Positions 8,210 to 17,771 of a stretch of 64,000 bases of DNA are shown here, in pieces. Every line of letters starts with the position of its first letter. The first letter of the stretch is position 1. Source of the stretch: a virus (Duplodnaviria; Caudoviricetes); the IMG/VR virus record IMGVR_UViG_3300047322_001193, positions 1,735 through 65,734 of that record. The stretch is one strand, 5' to 3'. A program made the position numbers and the translations under genes. Below the pieces are notes generated by a model that had not been told where the DNA came from, searched no databases, and saw only the letters and a list, made by a program, of their open reading frames with translations.

Positions 8210-10132
8210 GTGGCGAATGATTCCACCGCACCTCCACCGAGCGACTACGAACACCGCCTGTTAGGTTTCTTCAAGGAAGGGATTGAAGAGGGCGATGCTT
8301 TCCTGAGATCGCAGGTCGGATACAACCGCATCCCCGAATCCATCAACGGGATCATGGGCCAGAACCAGGATCTCCGAGTCTCGAATCTCAGCGGCGTCAC
8401 CAGCAACCACATCGGCAAGATTGCGCTCGACCTCGTGAGTGGGATGACGGACGTCAAACCATTCTTCGAGTTCAAGACCTACAACAAGCGCAACGAAGCC
8501 CACACCTCCATCTACGGCAAGTGCTCGCAACACATCTGGCTGCAGGGCATGTTGGACATGAAGTTCGCCGACACCGTGAAGTATTCACTGGCGGCAGGAT
8601 CCGGCTGGGCCGAGATCTACTTCAACGAAGAGACCCAGATGATCGACATGCAAGCCTGGGATCCCAGAGATGTGATTCCGATCCGACCCAGCACGTCACT
8701 CTCAATCCAGGACGCGTACGGTGTGATTGCCCGCAAGAGTCGCACGGTCAATTACGTCCGCTATCTCTGCAATGAGGTCTACGACTGCCCCCAACAAGCG
8801 TCCAAGATTGTGCCCGACCGCGACGGCTCGATGGTCTCGCTCTCCCTGCGCAACACTCGTGTCGGCCAATTACTCGACAAGTTAGGTAATCCATTCCGCG
8901 AGCGTTTATTTGGTAATCGCCCGCACCAGGACATCCCGCGAGTTCCGACCTGCGATCTCTTCACCGCCTACGTCAAAGACGAGACCGTCAACGAGAAGAA
9001 GTTCGACGTCGAGATGGGTCAGTTCAAGGACGGCCAGCCGCGCAACAACTGGTCCTACACCGTCAAGCCCGGTGACAAGCTCTATCCGGGCAAGAGAATG
9101 GTGGTCTTCACTTCCACCGCGATCCTGTACGACGGGCCATCCATCTACTGGCACGGACTCTTCCCGTTCTGCAAGCTGACACTCGATCCCTGGCCCTGGA
9201 GCTGGTTAGGCAAGGCGGTGCTGTGGGATCTGCTGCCACTGCAGAAGAGTGTGGATAAGCATCTGCGGGTGTATGACGACTGGTTGGAGAAGCTGGCGCG
9301 TCCGGATGTCATTGCAGATAAGAACAGCGTGTCGAAGGCCGCGCTGGATCGTATGGACACCCGGCGCGCTGGCGGTAAGTATCAGCACAATCCCATCGCG
9401 GGTAAGGGCATGCAGATCGTGCCGCCACCCCCACTCCCACCCGAGTTCTTCAAAGGCCTGGAATTCTATCTGAACGAGATGAACACGCTGAGCGGAGTTG
9501 CCGACATCTCGCAGATGATGAAGCTGAACCAGATCCCGTCCAGTGATTCCATCGAGCAGATTATGGAGTCGATGTCGCCCAGTGTTCGGCTTCGTTCTCG
9601 GGTGATTGAAGCCTTCATGCGCGAGTTCGCCACCATGATGGCGTACAACATTTCGCAGTTCATGACGCTCTCTCAACGCCTCACCATCATGGGCACAGAC
9701 GGCGTCACTCAAGAAGACTTCGACTACGATCCGGCCACCCTCATCCCGGCATTCGTCCACGCTGATGATTTCAATTCTGACGGCACGATCACGACGGCGG
9801 CGCTCGCTCGCGGCCCACTCCCACGTTACGACAGGGCTCGCGAGTTCCTGCGCCAGTTCTCGTTCCAGATCGCGCCAGGCTCACTCTTAGCCGCCTCAGA
9901 GATTCAACGCAAGATGATGTACCTGCAACTCTCTCGCGGCGGCCTCATCGATCACTGGACCTTACTCGACGTGCTGGGTATTCCGAACGTCGGCAATCCT
10001 CCTGCGGGTGCCGACAACATCACCGACCGTCTCATGCAGGAGCAACAGATGGGGCTCGGGATGCAAGTCAATCCCGCTGGCAGGAAGGCGAGCGGGCAGG
10101 AGACTCCCCGCCTGGTAACGAAGGAGTCGTGA
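8210..10132 (+). CDS. Portal protein
   Basis: 640 aa; position upstream of head genes; podovirus-portal-like HGLFPF...WPWSWLGKAVLWDLLPLQK...SGV segments. Confidence 0.8.
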   Translation: MANDSTAPPPSDYEHRLLGFFKEGIEEGDAFLRSQVGYNRIPESINGIMGQNQDLRVSNLSGVTSNHIGKIALDLVSGMTDVKPFFEFKTYNKRNEAHTSIYGKCSQHIWLQGMLDMKFADTVKYSLAAGSGWAEIYFNEETQMIDMQAWDPRDVIPIRPSTSLSIQDAYGVIARKSRTVNYVRYLCNEVYDCPQQASKIVPDRDGSMVSLSLRNTRVGQLLDKLGNPFRERLFGNRPHQDIPRVPTCDLFTAYVKDETVNEKKFDVEMGQFKDGQPRNNWSYTVKPGDKLYPGKRMVVFTSTAILYDGPSIYWHGLFPFCKLTLDPWPWSWLGKAVLWDLLPLQKSVDKHLRVYDDWLEKLARPDVIADKNSVSKAALDRMDTRRAGGKYQHNPIAGKGMQIVPPPPLPPEFFKGLEFYLNEMNTLSGVADISQMMKLNQIPSSDSIEQIMESMSPSVRLRSRVIEAFMREFATMMAYNISQFMTLSQRLTIMGTDGVTQEDFDYDPATLIPAFVHADDFNSDGTITTAALARGPLPRYDRAREFLRQFSFQIAPGSLLAASEIQRKMMYLQLSRGGLIDHWTLLDVLGIPNVGNPPAGADNITDRLMQEQQMGLGMQVNPAGRKASGQETPRLVTKES

Positions 10133-10135
10133 TGT

Positions 10136-10522
10136 ATGGACGAACGTCTGAACTGGTTGTTGACGCAGCGCAAGCACCTCGAAGTGCAGTTGCGCGAAGC
10201 CGAGATCATCGTCGGCATCGTGAAGCGTCACCTGGCGGAAGCGGACCGCATTATCGCCAGCATTCGCGACCGCACGGGTATCAAGCTCGAAACCCGTACC
10301 CGCAAGCAACAAGCGGGATTCCGTGTCCCGCCCGAGATGGATGTGCAGATCGCCGAACTGTGGAAGACGGACGGCACATTGAACGGCGTCGCCCGCACGA
10401 TTGGCATCAGCCGACTCACCGTCAAGCGACGCCTGCTGAAGATGGGCCTGATCGGCATGCCCAGCGACTTCATCGGGATATTGAGCGTCAAAGCGAAGCT
10501 CTCGGAGGATCTATGTCACTAG
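10136..10522 (+). CDS. Coiled coil plus HTH protein
   Basis: TLNGVARTIGISRLTVKRRL. Confidence 0.7.
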   Translation: MDERLNWLLTQRKHLEVQLREAEIIVGIVKRHLAEADRIIASIRDRTGIKLETRTRKQQAGFRVPPEMDVQIAELWKTDGTLNGVARTIGISRLTVKRRLLKMGLIGMPSDFIGILSVKAKLSEDLCH

Positions 10523-10833
10523 CACTCACCACCACACAGAAAGCCACCGCCACCGCTACACCCGTCGATGCGAAGGGCCGCCCTTCCACTATCGACGGTA
10601 TTGCGGTGTGGACGGTCAACCCGGAAGGATACGTCACCATGTTCCCTTCTGACGACGGCACGCACTGCGACATCGTTGGATTTGCTGCAGGCGATTGCCA
10701 GGTCATCGTCACCGGCGATGCGAATCTCCAGTCCGGCGACAAACCAATCACCGGCGTACTGGATGTCAGTGTGAAAGCAGCTCAGGCAGTAGGGTTCGCG
10801 CTCACAGTCGGGCCGGTCGAGGAGCAGCAATGA
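10513..10833 (+). CDS. Ig-like (Big-2-like) virion protein
   Basis: GGAGG RBS; ATPVDAKG...VWTV...GDCQVIVTGDA beta-sandwich pattern. Confidence 0.65.
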   Translation: MSLALTTTQKATATATPVDAKGRPSTIDGIAVWTVNPEGYVTMFPSDDGTHCDIVGFAAGDCQVIVTGDANLQSGDKPITGVLDVSVKAAQAVGFALTVGPVEEQQ

Positions 10834-11201
10834 GACGGCTCCTCCTCCTCGGCGCGCTCTTTCTGATCCTGGGCTCGATTCAAAGCAGTCAGGCATTCGA
10901 GGGCGCGATGTCCGACTCCGCAGCAATGACTCAAGCGATCAAGCTGTGGGGGCCACACGGCGCGATTGCGAAGTTTCGTGCGGTGGGCGCGACCTACTGG
11001 ACAACTCAAATCGGCTGCAACGACCCGATCAGCGGCTTCCTTATCGTGGCACAAGGCACCAACACCTGGGACGACGCGTTCGCCAAAGTGAATCTGGATG
11101 AGAACGGGCCGCGCAAGCTGACCGCAACAGCAACCCAATCCGATGGTCAGAAGGCGGTGTCGTTACCAATCTCCGTCTACATCTGCAACGTCCCGCACTG
11201 A
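10830..11201 (+). CDS. Protein with signal peptide
   Basis: MRRLLLLGALFLILGSIQSSQA with AxA-like cleavage site. Confidence 0.65.
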   Translation: MRRLLLLGALFLILGSIQSSQAFEGAMSDSAAMTQAIKLWGPHGAIAKFRAVGATYWTTQIGCNDPISGFLIVAQGTNTWDDAFAKVNLDENGPRKLTATATQSDGQKAVSLPISVYICNVPH

Positions 11202-11212
11202 CTGAGGAGTGA

Positions 11213-11584
11213 ATGGCGAACAGCATCTTCACCGCACCCATCAATCTCCCGACCGGCACCCGGCTGCTCGGTCCCGCGAACGTACCGGACGGTGTCACGA
11301 CGATTGCGGTGCGCCTGGCACGATTCACAACCGCTACTCCTACAGTGTGGCCATCCGATCTCACCACCGTCGACTGCATGCTGCAAATTGATGCAGGGCT
11401 CGGTTTCCGGGATAACAACGGCTTCACAGCGAAGGGCGGCCTCGCTATCCGGCGTGACGGGTCTGAAGCGACCGAGACCACATTCACAACGCAATTGCCA
11501 GCGGGAGCCGGTCGCCGAGCACAGGTGAACCTGATCGTCGGCGGTGGTCCGCTCGTCTCCTCACTGACAGTGGAGGTCACCTAG
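11213..11584 (+). CDS. Beta-rich putative virion protein
   Basis: GAGGAG RBS; T/G/P-rich. Confidence 0.75.
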   Translation: MANSIFTAPINLPTGTRLLGPANVPDGVTTIAVRLARFTTATPTVWPSDLTTVDCMLQIDAGLGFRDNNGFTAKGGLAIRRDGSEATETTFTTQLPAGAGRRAQVNLIVGGGPLVSSLTVEVT

Positions 11585-12262
11585 ATGTCGGTTGCAGTCG
11601 ACAACACGGGCAGTGCGGTGGGCGCAACTTCTGTGACAGGGATCAACATCACGAGCTTTGCAGTAGGTGCGGGCTCGAATCGCCTGATCTTCCTCGGCGT
11701 CAGTCAGTGGAAGAGTGTGGACACCGCACCGTCAGCGACCTTCAACACATCTGAGAATTTCGCGCTATTCGACGCGGTGACAATGGCGGATTCGGGCGGC
11801 ACCCGTCGCGGCACGATCCTTAGTCTGAATAATCCGACAAACACGACCGCCACCATCGCCGTCTCATGGGGTGGTGGCACGGTGGATGAAGCGGTGTGTG
11901 GCGCGACCTCGTGGACCGGTGTAGACGGCACCACTCCACTGTCGGGCGTGCAGAAGGCCAGCGGCCTCGCCAACCCCATGTCCGTCACAGTCGCCAGTAC
12001 CTCGGACGGGGCTGTTCATGACGTGTGGAACATGTCGCAGGGAATCTCCACCGACATCGGCGTGGGAAATCAGACCTCACGATGGAACACCGGCGCAGGC
12101 GGCGCGAGCACCAATGGTGCAGGTCAAAGCGCAACCGGTACTGGCAGCAACATCACGATGACGTGGAACTTCGCTAATAGTTTCCCTCGCTGCCTGATCG
12201 GCTGCGTCATCGCTGCAGTCAGTGCGGGCGGCGACACTCTGCTCGGTCAAGGAGTCATGTAA
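11585..12262 (+). CDS. Ser/Thr/Gly-rich putative virion appendage protein
   Basis: GGAGG RBS; beta-sandwich composition. Confidence 0.75.
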   Translation: MSVAVDNTGSAVGATSVTGINITSFAVGAGSNRLIFLGVSQWKSVDTAPSATFNTSENFALFDAVTMADSGGTRRGTILSLNNPTNTTATIAVSWGGGTVDEAVCGATSWTGVDGTTPLSGVQKASGLANPMSVTVASTSDGAVHDVWNMSQGISTDIGVGNQTSRWNTGAGGASTNGAGQSATGTGSNITMTWNFANSFPRCLIGCVIAAVSAGGDTLLGQGVM

Positions 12263-12265
12263 CTT

Positions 12266-12622
12266 ATGAAACATTCCAAACGCGATAGCGAAGGCGTCCT
12301 GTACGTCAACCACAAAGATTCGCCCGGCCTCACTCCCGAATTCCTCGCGGAGGTCGCCAAAGCATTCCCCGGCCAGGACACCCTCCCACCCGGTACTGGC
12401 ACCGGCATCTTCGAGGCTCCCATCCTGACCTGTGTGCACTGCCAGACGATGCTCATCATGAATCCACTGCGCAACCGGCAGCGCGGCTGGTGTGGTAAAT
12501 GCGCCCACTACATTTGTGATCGCTGCGCGCTCAACCAGTCGTTGGGTGTCGCCTGCAAACCTTACAAGCAAGTGATCGAAGAGATCATTGAACTGAACAG
12601 CGGCAACGTAAAGGAGATCTAA
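12266..12622 (+). CDS. Cys-rich zinc-finger protein
   Basis: CVHC...CGKC..YICDRC...C motif. Confidence 0.75.
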   Translation: MKHSKRDSEGVLYVNHKDSPGLTPEFLAEVAKAFPGQDTLPPGTGTGIFEAPILTCVHCQTMLIMNPLRNRQRGWCGKCAHYICDRCALNQSLGVACKPYKQVIEEIIELNSGNVKEI

Positions 12623-12624
12623 TC

Positions 12625-13125
12625 ATGGCAAAGCGAATCATTTCGCTCACCTCACTCGCGCCGACTCCCATCGCCGACGCGACCAACTTTGTCAACCAGA
12701 CGTTCTTCACCGTCATCCAGGGAGGCAGCGCCTCTCAGGTCATCAACATCGTCGAGGTCTATGAAGGCGGGCTGGCGGGTACCAGCGCGCCCACCATCAT
12801 GATCTCGTCAATGGACTCCACAGTAGGCGGAACCATCGCCGCTGGTGGTACCACCGACGCTCCGGTCAGCGCGGCCACAGCAGCTCTCGCGGCCCCTGTG
12901 AAGACGGGGAACGTCCAAACGACCCTGTCACAACGCTCCAGCGCACTACACATCCACAACCTCGCGCTCAACGCGTTCGGTGGAATCGTGCGCTTGAACT
13001 GGCCGCAGGATCAGCAAGCCGTGATCGTGGGTAACGCTGCCAACACGGGCGAGATGTCGATCTCCGCATTCACAGGTGGCACGTCGGGACTCATCGGCTT
13101 CCACTGCATCTATGAGCCTTCCTGA
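12625..13125 (+). CDS. Beta-rich putative virion protein
   Basis: AAGGAG RBS; A/T/G-rich. Confidence 0.8.
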   Translation: MAKRIISLTSLAPTPIADATNFVNQTFFTVIQGGSASQVINIVEVYEGGLAGTSAPTIMISSMDSTVGGTIAAGGTTDAPVSAATAALAAPVKTGNVQTTLSQRSSALHIHNLALNAFGGIVRLNWPQDQQAVIVGNAANTGEMSISAFTGGTSGLIGFHCIYEPS

Positions 13126-13126
13126 T

Positions 13127-13861
13127 ATGGACTGCTTACTGATTGGCAACCCCTCATCGGATCGCAGGCTGGTGAATACCGCAGCCCAGCTCGTGGCGCA
13201 CTCGGTATCGGGCAAGCGCCGGACCATTCACATGGAGTATTCCTGTTCGACGCCCTGCTACAACTTCAATCAACTGTGGGTGGCGGCACTCAATCTCCGC
13301 GCCACGAAAGGCGTCACTCACTTCCTGCTCTGGCATGCCGACATCCGCCCGCTCGGTGCCGACTGGCTCGACACGCTATTCGACGAGATGGCGATCAATC
13401 AAGCCGACGTGCTAAGCGCGATTGTTCCGATCAAAGACGAGCGCGGTCTGACCTCGACTGCGTTCGATCTCGGTAATTGGCAGGGTGTCCGTCTCTCTCA
13501 GAAACAAGTCTGGAGCAAGGCGTTCCCTGACACCTGGACCGCCGACAATCTACTGGCCAACACCGGACTCATGCTGGTCGACATGCGTCATCCATGGGTC
13601 GAGAAGATCTGCTTCACAATCAACGACCGCATTGTGTTCGAGAAGGGTCAGTGGAAAGCCCAGACGGAGCCGGAGGACTGGAACTTCTCCAAACAGTGCC
13701 ACGCGCTCGGCGTCAAGCTGTTCGTCACACGCAAAGTGGTTACCGAGCATCACGGCTCGAAAGCCTATCGCAGCGACGAGATCTGGGGGCAGGCAGTCGA
13801 TCACGAGGCAGGCGCAACGGAACAGCATTTCGCCGCGATGGAAGTGGCTGATGTAGGGTAG
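13127..13861 (+). CDS. GT-A fold (GT2-like) glycosyltransferase
   Basis: THFLLWHADI (DxD-like), NTGLMLVD, PEDWNFS, TEHHG motifs. Confidence 0.75.
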   Translation: MDCLLIGNPSSDRRLVNTAAQLVAHSVSGKRRTIHMEYSCSTPCYNFNQLWVAALNLRATKGVTHFLLWHADIRPLGADWLDTLFDEMAINQADVLSAIVPIKDERGLTSTAFDLGNWQGVRLSQKQVWSKAFPDTWTADNLLANTGLMLVDMRHPWVEKICFTINDRIVFEKGQWKAQTEPEDWNFSKQCHALGVKLFVTRKVVTEHHGSKAYRSDEIWGQAVDHEAGATEQHFAAMEVADVG

Positions 13862-13870
13862 CAACAACTT

Positions 13871-15052
13871 ATGGCGACCGTTCCACGCGCACCACTCATC
13901 GCCAACCCGTGGAAACGGAATCGAGGTTGGCTCAACGGGATTCACGATCAGGGGTGTAACGACACCCCCACCACGCTGCTCGTCCGCAACCCGCCCATCC
14001 GCCAGCGCGACTGGCCAGTCCCTCCCGCCCGAGTGCGCTCTCGTGAGCTGTATACCTGGCTCAGAGAGAATCCCAATCTCTATCTGAATCGCTTCCCGCC
14101 CGGCGCATCTGTTGGGATGGACGTGCCGCGGAATCTCCGTCGTTACGATCCCGAGCGGCTGACCGAAGTCAGCTCGAACCCAAATCTCTACTTGACTGTG
14201 GTGGCAACTGCACCGCCCGGCCAGGCGGTCGGCATGGACGTGCCGCGCAGTGTTCGCTTCTCGCAACGCCCGACCCTGATAAGCGACAACCCGAGTCTCT
14301 ACACCAACCCGATACCACCGCCGCAGCAGTGGGATCTCTCAACACCTCCAGCCCGCGCCTATCCCATCGATCTGCGAACGTGGGTGAGCCAGAACCCGAA
14401 CCTCTTCACCAACAGCCAGCCGCCACCGCAGCTGTGGGACTTTCCGGTCCCGCCTGCTCGGAGCTTCCCTGTCGATCTGCGCAATGGAGCGGAAGGTTCG
14501 ACCATCTACATTCCGCCACCTGTCGAGCAGACGCCATTCCAGAACCCCGAATTTCCTGCACCAGCCGCCCGTAGCGTCACGATTGAACTGCGCACCTGGC
14601 TCAGCTTCAATCCGAACCTATACGCCAATCCAGAGCCGGTACAGAATCCGGAGTTCCCTACTCCATCAGCGCGCCGATCCGATATCACACTCCGCACCTG
14701 GACCTACTCGACGACCGTCTACATGCCCGCACCTCCCACCGCGCAACCGATGCCGAGTGTGGAGATGCCGGTACCACGCAGCCGCACTCGTGACATCGCA
14801 CTCAGCACGTGTATCGGTGGCAACCCGAACATTTATGCGAATCCGATCCCGTTCAATCAGGTAAACTGGCCCACACCACAGGGGCGTAGTCATGGTCCTG
14901 AGCAAAAGATCTGGAGTGTTCCCACCAATCCCAACCTGTATCCTCCCCCCACACCACAGCCGGGTGGCGGGCAGCAGAAGCTCTTCATCGGCGAGATCCA
15001 GGGCGAGATGGGATTCAACAACATCATGGACAGTTCAATGGGAGGGCTGTAG
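13871..15052 (+). CDS. Proline-rich protein with nine ~36-aa repeats
   Basis: Repeated P-x-P-x-x-R...LRTW...NPNLY units. Confidence 0.8.
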   Translation: MATVPRAPLIANPWKRNRGWLNGIHDQGCNDTPTTLLVRNPPIRQRDWPVPPARVRSRELYTWLRENPNLYLNRFPPGASVGMDVPRNLRRYDPERLTEVSSNPNLYLTVVATAPPGQAVGMDVPRSVRFSQRPTLISDNPSLYTNPIPPPQQWDLSTPPARAYPIDLRTWVSQNPNLFTNSQPPPQLWDFPVPPARSFPVDLRNGAEGSTIYIPPPVEQTPFQNPEFPAPAARSVTIELRTWLSFNPNLYANPEPVQNPEFPTPSARRSDITLRTWTYSTTVYMPAPPTAQPMPSVEMPVPRSRTRDIALSTCIGGNPNIYANPIPFNQVNWPTPQGRSHGPEQKIWSVPTNPNLYPPPTPQPGGGQQKLFIGEIQGEMGFNNIMDSSMGGL

Positions 15053-15055
15053 CTG

Positions 15056-15283
15056 ATGTCGACACACCAGCAACCGCAGCTCGATCTGCAGCAGCTCTCA
15101 GTGGGTATGGGTCCGGCGTTCATGCTCCTCGAACACAACTACCAGCCCCCACAACTACCGCGCACTCGCTGGCGTCGCTTCCTCGACACGCTGAAAGATA
15201 AGTGGTGGCGCTTCACGCTCTACTTCCGGCCTTACATCCTGAACCAGCGAGCGTATGAGCGGAAATTCTGGAGGAGAGACTAG
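15056..15283 (+). CDS. Small basic, aromatic hypothetical protein
   Basis: GGGAGG RBS; fills gap in operon. Confidence 0.6.
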   Translation: MSTHQQPQLDLQQLSVGMGPAFMLLEHNYQPPQLPRTRWRRFLDTLKDKWWRFTLYFRPYILNQRAYERKFWRRD

Positions 15284-15628
15284 ATGGCACAGCACGCGAT
15301 GGGTGAAGTCAAGCCCGCCTCCACCGTCACTGCACTGCGAGCAACCAACAATGAAGTGACACCCAGCAAGCAATTCCCCGCTCAGGCACTGCAGTTCCAG
15401 GCGCTGGCGACCAATACCGGCTCGATCTACATCTGTGATCGCGAGACGCCGTCACTCACCGCGAACGTGCATGTGGAGATTCCGCCGCCCAGCAACAGCA
15501 CTCCCATCACGCGGCCAGCCTGGTCGGTGGGCAATCCAGCCGGAGCCAATCCACTGAATGGTGCCGACTACTGGATATTGCCTGCAGTATCGGGTGAAGG
15601 AGTGCGCATCACAGCCGTACGCACCTAG
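15284..15628 (+). CDS. Small beta-rich putative virion protein
   Basis: GGAGGAG RBS; FQALATNTGSIYI. Confidence 0.75.
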   Translation: MAQHAMGEVKPASTVTALRATNNEVTPSKQFPAQALQFQALATNTGSIYICDRETPSLTANVHVEIPPPSNSTPITRPAWSVGNPAGANPLNGADYWILPAVSGEGVRITAVRT

Positions 15629-15658
15629 CATGTTAGGTTACTTGGAGGAAATTTCTTT

Positions 15659-15940
15659 ATGGCGTGGCACACACTAAATAAGACGCTGACCGGCAACAAC
15701 GACCAGGTGACCACCACCCACATCCCGGTGCGCCAGGTGCTGATCTTCAACGACACAGGCAATGGCACGCTGCTGGTAGGCGACAAGAACATCTCGGCCA
15801 CCGTGTATGGATTCGCGGTAGCAGCGGCGACTGTCGGTCCCAGCATCGGACCTTTCTCCAACCAACTCCCACTCAACTTGGAGGAGATCTGGTTGCGCGG
15901 CACGAACAACAATATCGTCCGCATTGCGTATGTGACGTAG
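15659..15940 (+). CDS. Small beta-rich putative virion protein
   Basis: GGAGG RBS; resembles previous gene (NxGxxxVGD pattern). Confidence 0.75.
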   Translation: MAWHTLNKTLTGNNDQVTTTHIPVRQVLIFNDTGNGTLLVGDKNISATVYGFAVAAATVGPSIGPFSNQLPLNLEEIWLRGTNNNIVRIAYVT

Positions 15941-16007
15941 CTGGGTGGAGTGCACTGAACGTGTCGTTGACAGGTGTGGTCTCGTAAGTGTATGGACTGT
16001 AGTCATC

Positions 16008-16187
16008 ATGGCGGGTAAGCAAAGAGCAATCTTAGAGTCGGTCGGGCACGAGATGAAAGAGAACCCGCCGAAGATTCTCTCCCACACTCGCGACAAGTTC
16101 GGATCCGCCCGTGCCGACAAGCAGCGCACGGCGATCCTCTTATCCAAAGCGCGCCGCGCAGGCGCAAGCATTCCGAGGAGCAAATAA
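16008..16187 (+). CDS. Small basic protein
   Basis: HEMK...KQRTAILLSKARRAG, typical small phage head-region ORF. Confidence 0.7.
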   Translation: MAGKQRAILESVGHEMKENPPKILSHTRDKFGSARADKQRTAILLSKARRAGASIPRSK

Positions 16188-16189
16188 TC

Positions 16190-16306
16190 ATGGCCAAGAT
16201 GTACGGCGGTGCCAAGGGTGGCGGTATGAAGGGCGCGAAAGCAGGCAAAGGCTTTGTCGCCGGTCCCGGCGCGTCACTCTCACCCAAGAAGGGTCTGAAG
16301 AAGTAG
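16190..16306 (+). CDS. 38-aa Lys/Gly-rich peptide (not in ORF track)
   Basis: GAGGAG RBS; MAKMYGGAKGGGMKGAKAGKG...KKGLKK. Confidence 0.6.
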   Translation: MAKMYGGAKGGGMKGAKAGKGFVAGPGASLSPKKGLKK

Positions 16307-16378
16307 CAGTCGTTCGGTTGGGGTCCACAACATTGAGCCGCGGGTAGCTCCCGGTCGGGCTCACCAAAGAGATCGAAT

Positions 16379-16423
16379 AGAGCCCGCTCAACTGTGCACA
16401 GCGGTTGGGCGGGCTCTTTCTTT
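16379..16423 (+). terminator. Terminator-like hairpin
   Basis: AGAGCCCGCTCAAC/GTTGGGCGGGCTCT stem followed by TTCTTT. Confidence 0.65.
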
Positions 16424-16446
16424 GGGACACACGAAAGTTTCACATC

Positions 16447-16866
16447 ATGTCGATGACAGAGCCCGGAGCTGGACCGACGTCGGGCGGCACACTCGACTCC
16501 GCTCCTCCGCAACCTCCCGGCAGTGGCAAGCGCGCCACGCTGATGGATACCCAACGCGGTGGAGCTGGCGGTGGACTGGGAGCCGACGCTTCTAATCCGC
16601 AGATCATCGCACTGCAAGGTCTCGCCATGATGGATCAGGCTGTTCAATTACTCTCCACCGCCTTGCCTGCCCTCGCACAACCCCTGATGGGTCTCATGCA
16701 GAACCTCAAACAGGTCGTGCCGCAAGCAATGGCGGATCAAGTCGCTGGCATCCAGGGTGGCGGCGCTGGCGCAGGCGCTGGTCCTGCTGGTCCCGGTGCG
16801 GGTGGGGCGATGAGTCCCAGCGCACCCCCACAGCCCGCTCCTGCAGGAGTCGCCCCCGGTGCTTAA
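16447..16866 (+). CDS. Gly/Pro/Ala/Gln-rich low-complexity protein
   Basis: ORF before scaffold; helical core with disordered ends. Confidence 0.7.
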   Translation: MSMTEPGAGPTSGGTLDSAPPQPPGSGKRATLMDTQRGGAGGGLGADASNPQIIALQGLAMMDQAVQLLSTALPALAQPLMGLMQNLKQVVPQAMADQVAGIQGGGAGAGAGPAGPGAGGAMSPSAPPQPAPAGVAPGA

Positions 16867-16967
16867 ACCTTTCAACAATCCAACCCATAACCTCCAACCG
16901 GTTCTAGGTGCTGGCGACAGTGAGTATCGAGCTCCTGTCAGGCACTGGCAGAAAGGGATGTGAAGTC

Positions 16968-17771
16968 ATGACCGTAGCAGAAGCCAAGACCCATTATCAG
17001 AAGCTGGCTCAGGACGCGGGTCTCAGCAAAGAAGAGACCGAGGCGGTACTGAAGGCATTCGATAACGACAAGTTTGGCAAAGCCGTCTCCGATGGACACC
17101 AACGCCACGATGAATTCTCCCGCGAGATGGATAGAGTTCGCGTCGAGAAGCAGCGTCTCCAGGAATGGTACGAGAAGGAAGAGCTCCCGAAGTATCAAAC
17201 CTATCAGGCTGGATTGCAATCGCTCCAGAAGTATCGCGAGTTGTATGGCGAGCTGGGCGACGACGATCAGGGCCTCAACAATGGCAACAATCGCGGGCGT
17301 AGTTCTGCAGGAGCTGGCATGACGAAAGATGAAATCGACCGGTATCTCGAAGACAAGTTCAAGCAGCGCGATGGCGCATACGTCGGGCTCACCAAGACGG
17401 CGGTGCGCATCTCTGCCGACTTCACCAAACGCTTTGGTGACGTGCTCGATGTGGATGCAGTCGAGAAGCTGGCACTGGAGAAAGGCCTGCCTCTCGATCA
17501 AGCCTACACGATGTTCATCGCACCCAAAGAGCAGGCCGCCACTGAAGCTCGCCACAAAGACGAGATCGAGAAGGCGAAGGTCGAAGCGGTTCGAGACTTC
17601 CAGTCGAAGATGAAGCTGCCCGTGGATACCCGGCCCAAAGAAGCCCACCCGTTCTGGGATCGCAAGACACCCGAAGCTGGCAAGAGTGAGATGGACAACG
17701 ACCGTACGTCTCGCGAGGCATTCATGCAGGGCTGGAATGAACACGAAGCGGAACTGACAAAGAACCCGTAA
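16968..17771 (+). CDS. Capsid scaffolding protein
   Basis: Charged, helical protein immediately upstream of MCP; AAAGGGA RBS. Confidence 0.75.
   Translation: MTVAEAKTHYQKLAQDAGLSKEETEAVLKAFDNDKFGKAVSDGHQRHDEFSREMDRVRVEKQRLQEWYEKEELPKYQTYQAGLQSLQKYRELYGELGDDDQGLNNGNNRGRSSAGAGMTKDEIDRYLEDKFKQRDGAYVGLTKTAVRISADFTKRFGDVLDVDAVEKLALEKGLPLDQAYTMFIAPKEQAATEARHKDEIEKAKVEAVRDFQSKMKLPVDTRPKEAHPFWDRKTPEAGKSEMDNDRTSREAFMQGWNEHEAELTKNP

Noticed and set aside
13871-15052. Possible CRISPR-like or DGR repeat array
   Set aside because: Repeats are conserved only at protein level; no identical DNA repeats with spacers and no reverse transcriptase
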